A DNA stretch of 64,000 bases, from positions 186 to 64,185 of the forward strand of contig JAPOSR010000044.1 of assembly GCA_026709625.1 (NCBI GenBank). Reading direction: 5' to 3'. A program made the position numbers and the translations under genes. Below, piece after piece: positions 18,048-27,605 of the stretch. Every line of letters begins with the position of its first letter. The stretch's first letter is position 1. Under the pieces are notes generated by a model. It was not told the origin of the DNA, made no database searches, and saw nothing but the letters and a program-made list of their open reading frames with translations. This DNA is from Chloroflexota bacterium (GTDB lineage: Bacteria; Chloroflexota; Anaerolineae; Aggregatilineales; Phototrophicaceae).

Positions 18048-20927
18048 ATGAGCAACCCCTTGCTGGAGCTTCAAGATTTCGGGCAGAGCGCCTGGCTTGA
18101 TTACATCCACCGCGATGACCTGCACAATGGCGCGCTGCAAAGCCGCATCGAAACCGACGGCGTGCTGGGCGTAACGTCCAATCCAGCCATCTTTCAGAAA
18201 GCCATCGGCGATTCCGATACGTATGACAGCGCCATCATGACCATGCTGGACATGGACACGCCCGATATCTATGAAGCGCTGGCGATTGAGGATATCCAAA
18301 ACGCGACCGATCTCTTCCGACCGCTCTATGAACGCAGCGGCGGCGGCGATGGCTATGTAAGCCTGGAAGTTTCGCCACTGCTGGCGCGCGACACGCAAGG
18401 CACCATCGCCGAAGCCCAGCGCCTCTTCAGTACAGTCGACCGTCCTAACCTGATGATCAAAATCCCGGCGACGCCCCAGGGTCTGCCGGCGATCGAAGCA
18501 GCAATAGCAGCCGGCATCAATGTCAATGTGACGCTGATCTTTGCCATCAACAATTATGAGCAGGTCGCCGAAGCCTTCATTCGTGGGCTAGAGCGGCGGC
18601 TGGCGGCTGGCGAGGATGTCACGCGCGTGGCTTCGGTGGCCAGCTTCTTTTTGAGCCGCATCGATGTGGTGGTCGATCACATCCTCGAGAACAACATCCG
18701 CGCGGCGCAGCTTCGGCAAGACACAGCCCGCATCAGCGCCAACAGCCGGCTGCTGGGGCAAACCGCTATCGCCAATGCCAAGCTGGCATACCGCGCCTTC
18801 CAGCGCATCTTTGAAGGCGAACGGTTTGCGCGGCTGCGTGCCGCTGGCGCCCAAGCGCAACGGCCGCTGTGGGCTTCCACCGGCACCAAGAATCCCGCTT
18901 ATTCCGACACCTTGTATGTCGATAACTTGATCGGCGCGCGCACCGTCAACACGTTGCCGCCGGCGACGCTGGCGGCTTTCAAAGATCATGGCAGGGCCGC
19001 GGACACCCTGACAAAAGACATGCCAGGCTTTTTGCCGCCAGACGAAGTCCTGGACCGCCTGGCGGAATTGGGCGTCGACCTGGCGCAGGTGACAACTCGC
19101 CTGCAAGACGATGGCGTGGATGCCTTCATCGATGCCTTTGAAAAGCTAATCTCGCAGGTGGCAGCCAAACGCACCTTGCTGCGCAGCGGCATCATCGAGC
19201 GCACCAAGCTGGCGCTGGGCATCTATCACGGCGCGGTCGACGAGACGGTCGACCACCTGGACGAGCAGTTGGCAAATGCGCGCTTGTGGAACAAGGATGG
19301 CAGTTTGTGGAAGACCCACGCGCCAACCATCGACAAAATCGTCAAACGGCTGGGCTGGCTGGATATCGCCACGACCATCGACCGCGAGCGTTTGACCGCC
19401 CTGCAAGAAAGCGTCCGCGGTGGACATTGGCGGCATGTTGTGCTGCTGGGCATGGGCGGCAGTTCGCTTGCTCCTGAAGTGCTGGCGCGCACATTTGGAC
19501 GGCAAGACGGCTTCCCGCAATTGATCGTGCTCGACAGCACCGACCCCGCGCGCATCAGCCAGGTCGAAGCCGCCATCGAGCTGAAAAAAACGCTCTTCGT
19601 GGTCGCCAGCAAGTCCGGCGGCACGATTGAGACCCTGGCTCTCCACCAGTATTTCCAGGCCAAGACGGGCGGCGCTGGCGAGCAGTTCATCATTATCACC
19701 GATCCGGGCGCGCGTCTGGAAGAAGACGCCCGACAAGCTGGCGCGCGCGAACTCTTTCTCAACCCAGCGGATATCGGCGGCCGCTATAGCGCCTTGAGCT
19801 ACTTCGGCATGGTGCCCGCGGCTTTGATCGGGCTGGATTTGAATGGCTTGTGGGAGCGGGCGGATACCATGTTGGACGCCATCGGCGAGGGCATCCCGGC
19901 GCATTATCATCCCGGCTTGCTCTTGGGCGCGGTCATCGGCGCGCTGGCGCTGCAAGGCAGAGACAAAATCACCATCTACACCAGCGAATCGCTGCGCAGT
20001 TTCGGCGATTGGGCCGAGCAGCTGCTGGCCGAGAGCCTGGGCAAAGAGGGCAAAGGCGCGCTACCAGTGGTGGGAGCGGCCATCGGCTTGCCGCATGATT
20101 ATGTGACCGACCGCCTGTTCGTCTATTTGCGCGTGGACAACGACGGCGATGTGGCGCAGATGGATGCGGCTGTGCGCACCTTGCGCGAAGCCGGGCATCC
20201 ACGCGTGACCCTGCGCCTGGCCGACCCGCTAGCGATCGCTGGCGAATTTTTGCGCTGGGAATATGCAACCGCCATTGCCGGCGCTTTGCTGCGCGTCAAC
20301 CCCTTTGACGAGCCCAATGTAACCGAAGCCAAAGACGCCACCAAAGCGCTTCTGGATACAGTCCGCGAGTCGGGCAGCCTGCCGCAGTCCGAACCAGTCA
20401 TGACACGCGAACCTTTGCAGCTTTATGCAAACGAAAACACGCTTGCCCCCCTGCGCGAGCTCTGCCGACAGCATGGCTTCGATGGCGGTGATGTCGTTCA
20501 GGTAATCGGCGCGCAAATGGCTGGCACAAAAGCGGGCGACTACTTTGCGCTGCTGGTTTACTTCACGCCGACTGTGGAAGAAGCGCGCATGTTGGAACAA
20601 GTGCAGCGGCGTCTGCGCCATGTGACCAAACGCGCGGTTACAATCGGGTACGGTCCCCGCTATTTGCACAGCACCGGACAATACCACAAAGGCGGCGGCG
20701 ACAATGGCGTCTTTTGGCAGCTGACTGCCGATGCCGCGCCCGACCTGTCCATCCCCGGTTTTGACTACAGCTTCGGTGCCCTGTTCGCCGCCCAGGCAGC
20801 GGGCGATCTGCAAGCGCTGCAAGACCATGGCCGCCGCGCCATCCGTTTGCATCTGAGCGGCGACCGCGCGAGCGGGCTGGATACGCTGCTCTCGGCCATT
20901 GAGTTCGTCGCGACGCGCCGGCGCTAG
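18048..20927 (+). CDS. Bifunctional transaldolase / glucose-6-phosphate isomerase
   Basis: N-terminus QSAWLDYIHRD..GVTSNPAIFQKAI..LMIKIPAT (transaldolase). C-terminal ~550 aa carries the PGI/SIS pattern (LLGMGGSSLAPEV, FVVASKSGGTIET). Confidence 0.9.
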   Translation: MSNPLLELQDFGQSAWLDYIHRDDLHNGALQSRIETDGVLGVTSNPAIFQKAIGDSDTYDSAIMTMLDMDTPDIYEALAIEDIQNATDLFRPLYERSGGGDGYVSLEVSPLLARDTQGTIAEAQRLFSTVDRPNLMIKIPATPQGLPAIEAAIAAGINVNVTLIFAINNYEQVAEAFIRGLERRLAAGEDVTRVASVASFFLSRIDVVVDHILENNIRAAQLRQDTARISANSRLLGQTAIANAKLAYRAFQRIFEGERFARLRAAGAQAQRPLWASTGTKNPAYSDTLYVDNLIGARTVNTLPPATLAAFKDHGRAADTLTKDMPGFLPPDEVLDRLAELGVDLAQVTTRLQDDGVDAFIDAFEKLISQVAAKRTLLRSGIIERTKLALGIYHGAVDETVDHLDEQLANARLWNKDGSLWKTHAPTIDKIVKRLGWLDIATTIDRERLTALQESVRGGHWRHVVLLGMGGSSLAPEVLARTFGRQDGFPQLIVLDSTDPARISQVEAAIELKKTLFVVASKSGGTIETLALHQYFQAKTGGAGEQFIIITDPGARLEEDARQAGARELFLNPADIGGRYSALSYFGMVPAALIGLDLNGLWERADTMLDAIGEGIPAHYHPGLLLGAVIGALALQGRDKITIYTSESLRSFGDWAEQLLAESLGKEGKGALPVVGAAIGLPHDYVTDRLFVYLRVDNDGDVAQMDAAVRTLREAGHPRVTLRLADPLAIAGEFLRWEYATAIAGALLRVNPFDEPNVTEAKDATKALLDTVRESGSLPQSEPVMTREPLQLYANENTLAPLRELCRQHGFDGGDVVQVIGAQMAGTKAGDYFALLVYFTPTVEEARMLEQVQRRLRHVTKRAVTIGYGPRYLHSTGQYHKGGGDNGVFWQLTADAAPDLSIPGFDYSFGALFAAQAAGDLQALQDHGRRAIRLHLSGDRASGLDTLLSAIEFVATRRR

Positions 20928-20964
20928 GAAAGCGCGCAAGAGCGGCTCTTGTGGCTTGGGCGGG

Positions 20965-21777
20965 TCAGGCAGATTTGGCAAGCGCGTAAAGACGTGGTGC
21001 CTGCGCTGCGATGACGGCTGGATCGCTGCGGAAAGCGAACTTCTCGCCGATGCCTCCATATTCAAAGGCCATGCGCTCGGGATGCCGCCATTCTCCCGCG
21101 CGGATCTGCCCCAGCGCATAGTCCGCGATTGCCCAGTCGCTTTCATTCATGGCGAAATGATCCTCGCGAATGCCCAGTTCGTCGCGCTTGGGCAAGAGAC
21201 CCACGACATGCAATTCGCGCAGCCTGTGCACGGGCAGAGCATCGAGATAGCCGTGGATATCGCTAGCGCTTGTGCCCTCGCAAGCGCGGATGGCATGCGC
21301 CAGGTCGAGCAAGAGTCCGCAGCCACTGCGGTCGCAGATCGCCGATATGACAGCGGGGTCAACCGATTCGGCGAGTTGGTCGTCCCGCCAGGCTCGCGTT
21401 GGATAGGCCAGATTTTCTATCACGACCCGCTCTGGACCAAAGCGCTCGCACAGCGGCATCAGCTCGCGGAGTCCGCGCGTGACGACAGCCTCGCGGGTGA
21501 TGCGTTGGCCCGGCGCAAAGCTGGAGCGCAACATACAAAGATGCGTATTGATGACCTGTGTATCGCCCGTATCCAGCCAACCAGCCAGCGCCTCCATATC
21601 AACATCCACCAGCCGTCCCTGCCCGACAATCAAGCTGCAATGCACATAGAGCGAATGATAGCGGCTGACCTCGGCGACCAGGTCGTGCCAGTCCGGACAT
21701 TTGAAGAGGTCGACTTGTATCGCGCCCTCGCGCCATAATCGCAGCGCTTGCGGCGAGTAATTGATGGCAAATTGCAT
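20965..21777 (-). CDS. DUF692-like (MbnB/TglH-type) or xylose-isomerase-like TIM-barrel protein
   Basis: MQFAINYSP.., VVIENLAY.., GCGLLLDLAHAI..YLDALPVHRLRELHVVG resembles the DUF692 LLLD(V/L)..N/H..EIH.AG pattern. Family call is from memory only. Confidence 0.5.
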   Translation of the reverse strand: MQFAINYSPQALRLWREGAIQVDLFKCPDWHDLVAEVSRYHSLYVHCSLIVGQGRLVDVDMEALAGWLDTGDTQVINTHLCMLRSSFAPGQRITREAVVTRGLRELMPLCERFGPERVVIENLAYPTRAWRDDQLAESVDPAVISAICDRSGCGLLLDLAHAIRACEGTSASDIHGYLDALPVHRLRELHVVGLLPKRDELGIREDHFAMNESDWAIADYALGQIRAGEWRHPERMAFEYGGIGEKFAFRSDPAVIAAQAPRLYALAKSA

Positions 21778-21928
21778 GCGTTTTCTCCTTGGCGCGCGGT
21801 TTGCAAAAAAATGGAGCGGCGTCTCTGGTATCATACACAGAATTGGCCGGCATGCGCGGACTGGCTAGCTGATGCGCCGGCAACTATGCTATGCTCTAGG
21901 CAATTCACTGGCAGCGGCGACAGCGCCT

Positions 21929-22594
21929 ATGACGACGATTTTGCTAATACGCCACGCGGTCAACGACTTCGTGAAGACAGGCAAGTTGGCGGGTTGGACA
22001 GCCGGCGTGCATCTAAACGAAGAGGGCTGGGCGCAGGCCGAGGCGCTGGGGGCGCGTTTGGCAGAAGCGCCGCTCGCCCAACTCTACGCCAGCCCCATCG
22101 AACGCACGATGGAGACAGCCGCCGCCATCGCCGCGCATCATCCGCAGTTGACCGTGCGGGCATGCGAAGAAATCGGCGAAGTGCGTTATGGCGCTTGGCA
22201 GGGCAAGACGATCGCCGAGCTTGCTCAGCGCAAGATGTGGGCGGTCGTCCAGGAATATCCATCGCGGGCGGTCTTTCCCGAAGGCGAATCCATGCGCGGC
22301 GTGCAAACGCGCATCGTCGACGCCATCGAAGCGCTGCTGCGCCGTCATCCCAATCAACTGATCGCGCTGGTCTTTCATGCTGACCTGATCAAAATGGCTT
22401 TGGCGCATTATCTGGGCATGCATTTGGATGTCTTCCAGCGCATCGTAATTTCGCCAGCATCAATCAGCACAGTGCAGCTGGGGCACAGTCGTCCCCTCAT
22501 CGTGAGCATGAATGACACCGCGCATCTGCAAGCGCTGAAATCGGCGCGCGGCAAGACAGACGAGCAATCGTCGCAGAATGGAGGGGCGCAATGA
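21929..22594 (+). CDS. Histidine phosphatase family protein (MSMEG_4193-type putative phosphomutase)
   Basis: MTTILLIRHAVND (RHG-type motif), SPIERTMETA, and a later H in VFHADLIK. Followed by a DUF3090 gene, as in actinobacterial/Chloroflexi loci. Confidence 0.75.
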   Translation: MTTILLIRHAVNDFVKTGKLAGWTAGVHLNEEGWAQAEALGARLAEAPLAQLYASPIERTMETAAAIAAHHPQLTVRACEEIGEVRYGAWQGKTIAELAQRKMWAVVQEYPSRAVFPEGESMRGVQTRIVDAIEALLRRHPNQLIALVFHADLIKMALAHYLGMHLDVFQRIVISPASISTVQLGHSRPLIVSMNDTAHLQALKSARGKTDEQSSQNGGAQ

Positions 22595-23157
22595 GCAATG
22601 TGATCGAGTTGAATCCGGTCGACTTCGTCACGGTTGGCACGATCGGCCCCAAAGGCCAACGCATCTTTCACCTGCAAGCGGGCCAAGACAATCGAATCAT
22701 CTCGTTTACGATTGAAAAAGAGCAGGTGCACGCGCTGTCAGCCGCCATCTCGGAGATGCTGGACGATATCGATTCACGCGAAAACACCGCCACTGAAGCC
22801 GATTTCAGCCAGTTGGACATGGAATTGCGCGAGCCGATCGAACCGCTGTTTCGCATCGCCCAAATGGGCTTGGCGCACGACCGCGACCGCGACCAGATCA
22901 TCCTCGTAGCCACCGAATATGTGCCCGGCGATGCCGATGAACTGGGGGACGATTTTGACGAGCTGGATGTGGATGACGAGGGCGGCGTGGCCGATTTCTT
23001 CAATCCCTACGCTGGCGAAGAGGGCGATCCTATGGTGGTGCGGATGTGGTGCACCCGTCAGCAGATGCGCGCGCTCAGTCTGCATGCCATGGACACAGTC
23101 AAATCGGGCCGGCCCGACGCGCGCCAAAACGGCCGCATCATTTTTTATTGGACATAA
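22591..23157 (+). CDS. DUF3090 family protein
   Basis: VDFVTVGTIGPKGQRIFHLQAGQ..ISFTIEKEQVHALS.., acidic middle, C-terminal GRPDARQNG. ATGA overlap with the upstream gene. Confidence 0.7.
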   Translation: MSNVIELNPVDFVTVGTIGPKGQRIFHLQAGQDNRIISFTIEKEQVHALSAAISEMLDDIDSRENTATEADFSQLDMELREPIEPLFRIAQMGLAHDRDRDQIILVATEYVPGDADELGDDFDELDVDDEGGVADFFNPYAGEEGDPMVVRMWCTRQQMRALSLHAMDTVKSGRPDARQNGRIIFYWT

Positions 23158-23830
23158 CGGAGCTGCCCGACAGCCGCCGTGTGGCGCGCCGTTTGCGTTG
23201 CTGCTTGCTGCGCCGCCCCAAATGCGCGTGCATCTCGAGAAAGTAATCCAGCGTCTGCGCGGTCTGCGCGGCTGTGCTTTGCAGGCGCTCGGGACAAAGC
23301 AGCTGTCGCTGCCGGGTGATCTCGTACAAACATAGCGCCGCCGTCACCGAAACATTCAAGCTCTGCGCAATGCCACGCATAGGAATAGTGACGCGGCGGT
23401 CGGCGAGCTCCAGCGCGCGCTGCGAAAGTCCGTCACGCTCGTTTCCCAAGAGCAGCGCCAGGCGAGGCTGACAAAAATCCGCATCAAACAGCGACTCGGC
23501 ATCGCCGTCCAACACAGTCGCGACCACTTGCCAGCCGTCTTCTTGCAACGATTGCAAGGCTTTTTCGCTGTCGAAATGCGCCTGGTATTGCAGCCATTTG
23601 TTGGCGGCGGTAGAGCTGTTTTTGCCGATTGTCTTGGGGTCGAATGGGGCGCTGTTCTCGAAGATGACATGCAGCTGCTGGACGCCGAAAGCATCACAGC
23701 TGCGGGCGATCGCGCCAAGATTGTGCGGGTCGAAGACATCTTGAATCACGATCGTCAAGCCAGGCTGGCGTTGGGTCGCCGCACGTTTTAGCTTTTGCAG
23801 GCGCGCTCGGGTAGGCGCAGACTCGCTCAC
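23138..23830 (-). CDS. SpoU/TrmH-family RNA 2'-O-methyltransferase
   Basis: LTIVIQDVFDPHNLGAIARSCDAFG, LLLGNERDGLS, TIPMRGIAQSLNVSVTAALCLYE. Confidence 0.85.
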   Translation of the reverse strand: MSESAPTRARLQKLKRAATQRQPGLTIVIQDVFDPHNLGAIARSCDAFGVQQLHVIFENSAPFDPKTIGKNSSTAANKWLQYQAHFDSEKALQSLQEDGWQVVATVLDGDAESLFDADFCQPRLALLLGNERDGLSQRALELADRRVTIPMRGIAQSLNVSVTAALCLYEITRQRQLLCPERLQSTAAQTAQTLDYFLEMHAHLGRRSKQQRKRRATRRLSGSSVMSNKK

Positions 23831-24393
23831 AGGTCAAACAGCCGCCCCAGGTCAAGCCTGAAGCCGGGCAGCACATCGCCGCCAGTTAAGGCGTCGCTGA
23901 TGCCCAAGGACTGAAACTCGCCAGCGCTGCTGTGCGCTTCAACACGCTCTTCATCCAAGATGACCAACCACACCAGCCGCGCGCCATTGCGCAGGTACAG
24001 CGCGGCTTTCTCGCGCATAGCCGACAGGGTATCGCTTGGCGAAGCGATCTCAACCGCCAAATCGGGCATGACAGCGTTCAGTCCACGATCGCCAGGCTGT
24101 GGCGCGCGAGCGTGCCTTGTAAAGGACACATCGGGACGCAGCACCAAGGCCGGATCAAATGCAGAACGAAGACCAGATTCTACCGCCACTCTGCCCAGCT
24201 TATGTTTCTTCGCATACTGCCGAAGGTAATAGCAGATTTCCCCTGCTAACTCTCCATGTGCGAAACCCGGCGCAGTCATCTTCACCATTTCTCCCTGGAT
24301 CAATTCATACTCGTTGTCCCGGTATTCTGGCAGATGCTGCATATCCAAAAACGCATCGGCATCAATCAGCCGTTCCAGCACGGGCATTGGCAA
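23827..24393 (-). CDS. Uma2 (DUF820) family endonuclease, full length
   Basis: YELIQGEMVKM.., HGELAGEI.., RPDVSF.., MPDLAVEIASPSD.., KAALYLRNGARLVWLV. 4-nt overlap with the trmH-like gene. Confidence 0.8.
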   Translation of the reverse strand: MPMPVLERLIDADAFLDMQHLPEYRDNEYELIQGEMVKMTAPGFAHGELAGEICYYLRQYAKKHKLGRVAVESGLRSAFDPALVLRPDVSFTRHARAPQPGDRGLNAVMPDLAVEIASPSDTLSAMREKAALYLRNGARLVWLVILDEERVEAHSSAGEFQSLGISDALTGGDVLPGFRLDLGRLFDL

Positions 24394-24636
24394 CTCCTTA
24401 TGATGCAGCTTGTAGAGAAATCATAACACAGGCCAAGAGCCTACGAGCACTGGAGTTGAAGCTGCGCAATCGCATCATCTGGCACTTTGGTCATAGGCTG
24501 CGCGACCGGCGAACTAGCGCCCTGAAGACACGCCGCATTAGGCAAACCAAACGACAATCCGGCGCTGCCAATCGGTGGACGCTGATGCGCATCGCCATAC
24601 ATTGACGGCTGTGCTCAGCATCACACCGCCCGCGAG

Positions 24637-25395
24637 CTAACCAGCCCGCACCGTACTGATGATCTGCCCAGCGGCGCTGGACAGAATGGCTGTCTCGGTC
24701 ATCACGGTGATGAAGTCATAGCCGCGCCCGATCATCTCAATGGCATGGTCTGTGTTGGCGCAGAAGATGCCGGCTTTGAGGCTGTGCTGCCGCGCCGAAG
24801 CCAAGATGTCATCCAACGCGGCATCGACCACCGTATCGCGGTCAAAGCCAGCCTGGCCTGTCATGCTCAAGCGCAGGTCGCCGATGCCCACAAAGACCGC
24901 GTCCAAGCCCGCCACCGCCATGATTTCATCGCGATTGTCGAAGCCCAACTGCGTCTCGATCATGGCGAAAGTGAGCACCGTGTCATTGGCATGCTCGGCA
25001 TAATCCGCCCCCGCATAGACCCGAGCGCGCGTGGGTCCCAAACTGCGATAACCCAGCGGCGGAAAGCGGCATGCGCCCACGAAGGCCTCGCACTGCTGCC
25101 GCGTTTCGATCATCGGACAGATGATGCCATAGGCGCCAGCATCCAGCAGACGCATGATATCGCCGGGCGTATTCCAGTTGACGCGCGCCAGTGGCGCTGT
25201 GTCGGTGGTCGAAATCGCCTGCAGCATAATGATGGCGGTCTCCATGCCCATCATCCCGTGCTGCATGTCGATGACCAGGCTATCCCAATCTTGATTCGCC
25301 ATGACCTCGGCCGACCAGGCGCTGGGGATATGCAGCCAGCCATTCAGCGCCGGCCTGCCCGCCGCCCATATCTCGCGCACTCGGTTTTTGCGCAT
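24637..25395 (-). CDS. HpcH/HpaI-family aldolase (2-keto-3-deoxy-acid aldolase)
   Basis: LNGWLHIPSAWSAEVMA..DSLVIDMQHG..ARVNWN..LDAGAYGIICPMIE..PPLGYRS..IETQ. Confidence 0.85.
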   Translation of the reverse strand: MRKNRVREIWAAGRPALNGWLHIPSAWSAEVMANQDWDSLVIDMQHGMMGMETAIIMLQAISTTDTAPLARVNWNTPGDIMRLLDAGAYGIICPMIETRQQCEAFVGACRFPPLGYRSLGPTRARVYAGADYAEHANDTVLTFAMIETQLGFDNRDEIMAVAGLDAVFVGIGDLRLSMTGQAGFDRDTVVDAALDDILASARQHSLKAGIFCANTDHAIEMIGRGYDFITVMTETAILSSAAGQIISTVRAG

Positions 25396-25567
25396 GCGTC
25401 GCTCCTGTCGCTCGCCCGGTTGCCCGCCAGATTAAAGCACAAAGGCGCAACGGACACAACGATTCTTTGGTCAGGGAGAGCGGCGCAGCGCGCTCGCTTG
25501 GACAGACGAGCCGCCGAGAGCTAGCCTGCTATACTCAATGCGCGCAGCCAGCCCAAGGCGAGATGCC

Positions 25568-26758
25568 ATGACCGCCGGCAACATCAACAAAGTCATCCTC
25601 ATCAGCTTTGCCCAGCGTTTTCACCTCTATGTGCATGCCTATGCGCTGCTGCTGCTGGCTCGTGGATTGACGCTGCTGCAGATCAGCCTCATCGAGTCTG
25701 TCGTCATCGGCAGCATCTTCCTTATGGAAGTGCCCACTGGCATCTTGGCCGACCGGCTGGGTCGCAAATGGTCGATCGCCACTTCGACCTTTTTGCTGAT
25801 GTGCGCCGAGTTTATCTTCCTCTTCGCGCGCAGCTTCGAGTGGTACATCGGCATCGCGCTGTTGACGGGCACGGGCTTTGCTTTTGCCTCGGGCGCGGTC
25901 GAGGCGCTGGTCTACGACAGCTTGCCCGCGGACGATCGCGAAGACGCCATGAAGCGCGCCATGGGGCGGCTCAACAGCGCCAGCCAGATCGCCTTTGTCA
26001 TCGCGCCCCTCCTCGGCGGCTTGATCATCGGCGATGCCCGCGCCGAAAACTTCGTCCCCGCCATTGCCTTGACCGTCGCAGCGCTGGGCATCGGGCTGCT
26101 CGTCTGCTTTAGCCTGCGCGAGCCAGCGACCACAACCGGCGATGAGCGACCGGGCAGCCTGAGCCTGCTGCGCGCTGGCATTGTCTTGCTGGCTACCAAT
26201 CAGCGCTTGCGGCGGCTGACGCTGCTGGCGGTCTTCAGCGCGCCATTCACGGCGACTCTGGTCACCACATTGGCGCCACCTTACCTGGTGCAAAATCAGG
26301 CGACGCCTTTCGTGGTGGGTTTGACTTTGTCGCTGGGCAGCCTGCTGGCGGCGGTCACACAACGTTATGCCTGGAAGCTCGAAGCCTGGTTGGGACAAGC
26401 GCGGGCGGTGGCGCTGCTGATTCTGCTGCCAGGCGCGATGTATTGGCTGCTGGCGGCGGCGGCAGGTCCGGTCGCGACTGTGCTTTTGGTCACCTTTATG
26501 TACGGCGCAAACGATATGAAAGCGCCGCTCTTTTCGGCTTATCAGAACGCGCTGATTTCGAGCGAAAATCGCGCGACGGCGCTGTCGCTGATCAATATGT
26601 TCGTCAGCTTGTTCATCGCCATTGGCGCGCCCATTTACGCATCGCTGGCGCAGACTTCGCTGGAGCTGGCTTTTGTGACGATAGGCGCGGTGATCGTGGG
26701 CTCTGCGCTGCTGCTGCGCGTGCATCGCCTGCCGCAAGCCACTGTGGAATCATCATGA
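25568..26758 (+). CDS. MFS transporter
   Basis: About 12 hydrophobic helices. Loop motif GILADRLGRKWSI (MFS motif A) between TM2 and TM3. Confidence 0.8.
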   Translation: MTAGNINKVILISFAQRFHLYVHAYALLLLARGLTLLQISLIESVVIGSIFLMEVPTGILADRLGRKWSIATSTFLLMCAEFIFLFARSFEWYIGIALLTGTGFAFASGAVEALVYDSLPADDREDAMKRAMGRLNSASQIAFVIAPLLGGLIIGDARAENFVPAIALTVAALGIGLLVCFSLREPATTTGDERPGSLSLLRAGIVLLATNQRLRRLTLLAVFSAPFTATLVTTLAPPYLVQNQATPFVVGLTLSLGSLLAAVTQRYAWKLEAWLGQARAVALLILLPGAMYWLLAAAAGPVATVLLVTFMYGANDMKAPLFSAYQNALISSENRATALSLINMFVSLFIAIGAPIYASLAQTSLELAFVTIGAVIVGSALLLRVHRLPQATVESS

Positions 26759-27301
26759 CGACGCCAGCGCATACACGCCGCGTTTCGTATAGACCGCGCC
26801 ACCCGAGCGCAGTTGGCTTTCGTACAAAGCGAATTCACGCACAGAAAACGGCTCAATATAAAAATCCAGATGCCTTTGAAGCCAGCGGCTCGCCAGACCC
26901 CGGCGCAGCGGCTTTTTGAAGCGCATGAGTGTGATGTGGGGATGGAAGCGCCGCCGCTCGAGTCTGTGCCCGCTATCTTGCAAGGCGCGTCCAGTCGCAT
27001 CGTGCAGCGCGCGCAGCTCTGGCGTATTGTCGACGCCTGCCCAGATCACGCGGGGGCGGCTGTCGACCGGGAATTGCCCGACGCCGCCTATCTGCAAAGC
27101 GAATGCTGGAACCGCCACCTGTTGCAGCGCCTGCTTATACCGGCGCGCTTGTGGCTCAGTCGTTTCGCCGATAAACTGCACAGTCAAGTGCAGCCCGGCG
27201 CGGCAGGTCCAGCGGCCCGGCGGCAAGTCGTCCTCGCGCAAGTTCAGGATTTGGTCTTTGGCGGCGTCTGGCAGGTCAATAGCGACAAACAGGCGGGGCA
27301 T
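26753..27301 (-). CDS. thpR: RNA 2',3'-cyclic phosphodiesterase (2H phosphoesterase, ThpR/LigT)
   Basis: MPRLFVAIDLP.., two H-x-T motifs (GLHLTVQF and HPHITLMRF). Start at 27301 inside ORF 26753-27454. Confidence 0.8.
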   Translation of the reverse strand: MPRLFVAIDLPDAAKDQILNLREDDLPPGRWTCRAGLHLTVQFIGETTEPQARRYKQALQQVAVPAFALQIGGVGQFPVDSRPRVIWAGVDNTPELRALHDATGRALQDSGHRLERRRFHPHITLMRFKKPLRRGLASRWLQRHLDFYIEPFSVREFALYESQLRSGGAVYTKRGVYALASS

Positions 27302-27605
27302 GCGGCAGGCTCCTTGCATTTGACAACCCGGCAGTATAGCGCGAAGCTCGCTCTTGGCTCGGCGCCGGTGCCACCAGGCGCATCGCTTCAAATTATTGTT
27401 CACCGCTCTCGCAACGCAAACTTTTGCTTGCGTCTCGGCGCACTCAATCAACACATTGTACTCGGTGGTAAACTATGGTGAGCAAGGCCTTTCATTTTGT
27501 AGCAATTGCCTGAGCGCTAGCCGGACAGCTTTTTGTCAGCGCTTGTCTTGCCCAGGCAAATTCGTATGCTTAGAGATGAGAATGGCTGTGCTGCCAAGGG
27601 AGTCA

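Noticed and set aside
20965-21928. Possible RiPP (methanobactin/3-thiaglutamate-like) biosynthetic cluster around the DUF692-like gene
   Set aside because: There is no MbnC/TglI-type partner, no plausible Cys-rich precursor ORF and no exporter or peptidase adjacent. It is kept only as a low-interest orphan enzyme.
25535-26737. 400-aa minus-strand ORF antisense to the MFS transporter
   Set aside because: The product is extremely Arg/Gln/Asp-rich low complexity, while the plus-strand frame gives 12 clean hydrophobic helices and MFS motif A.
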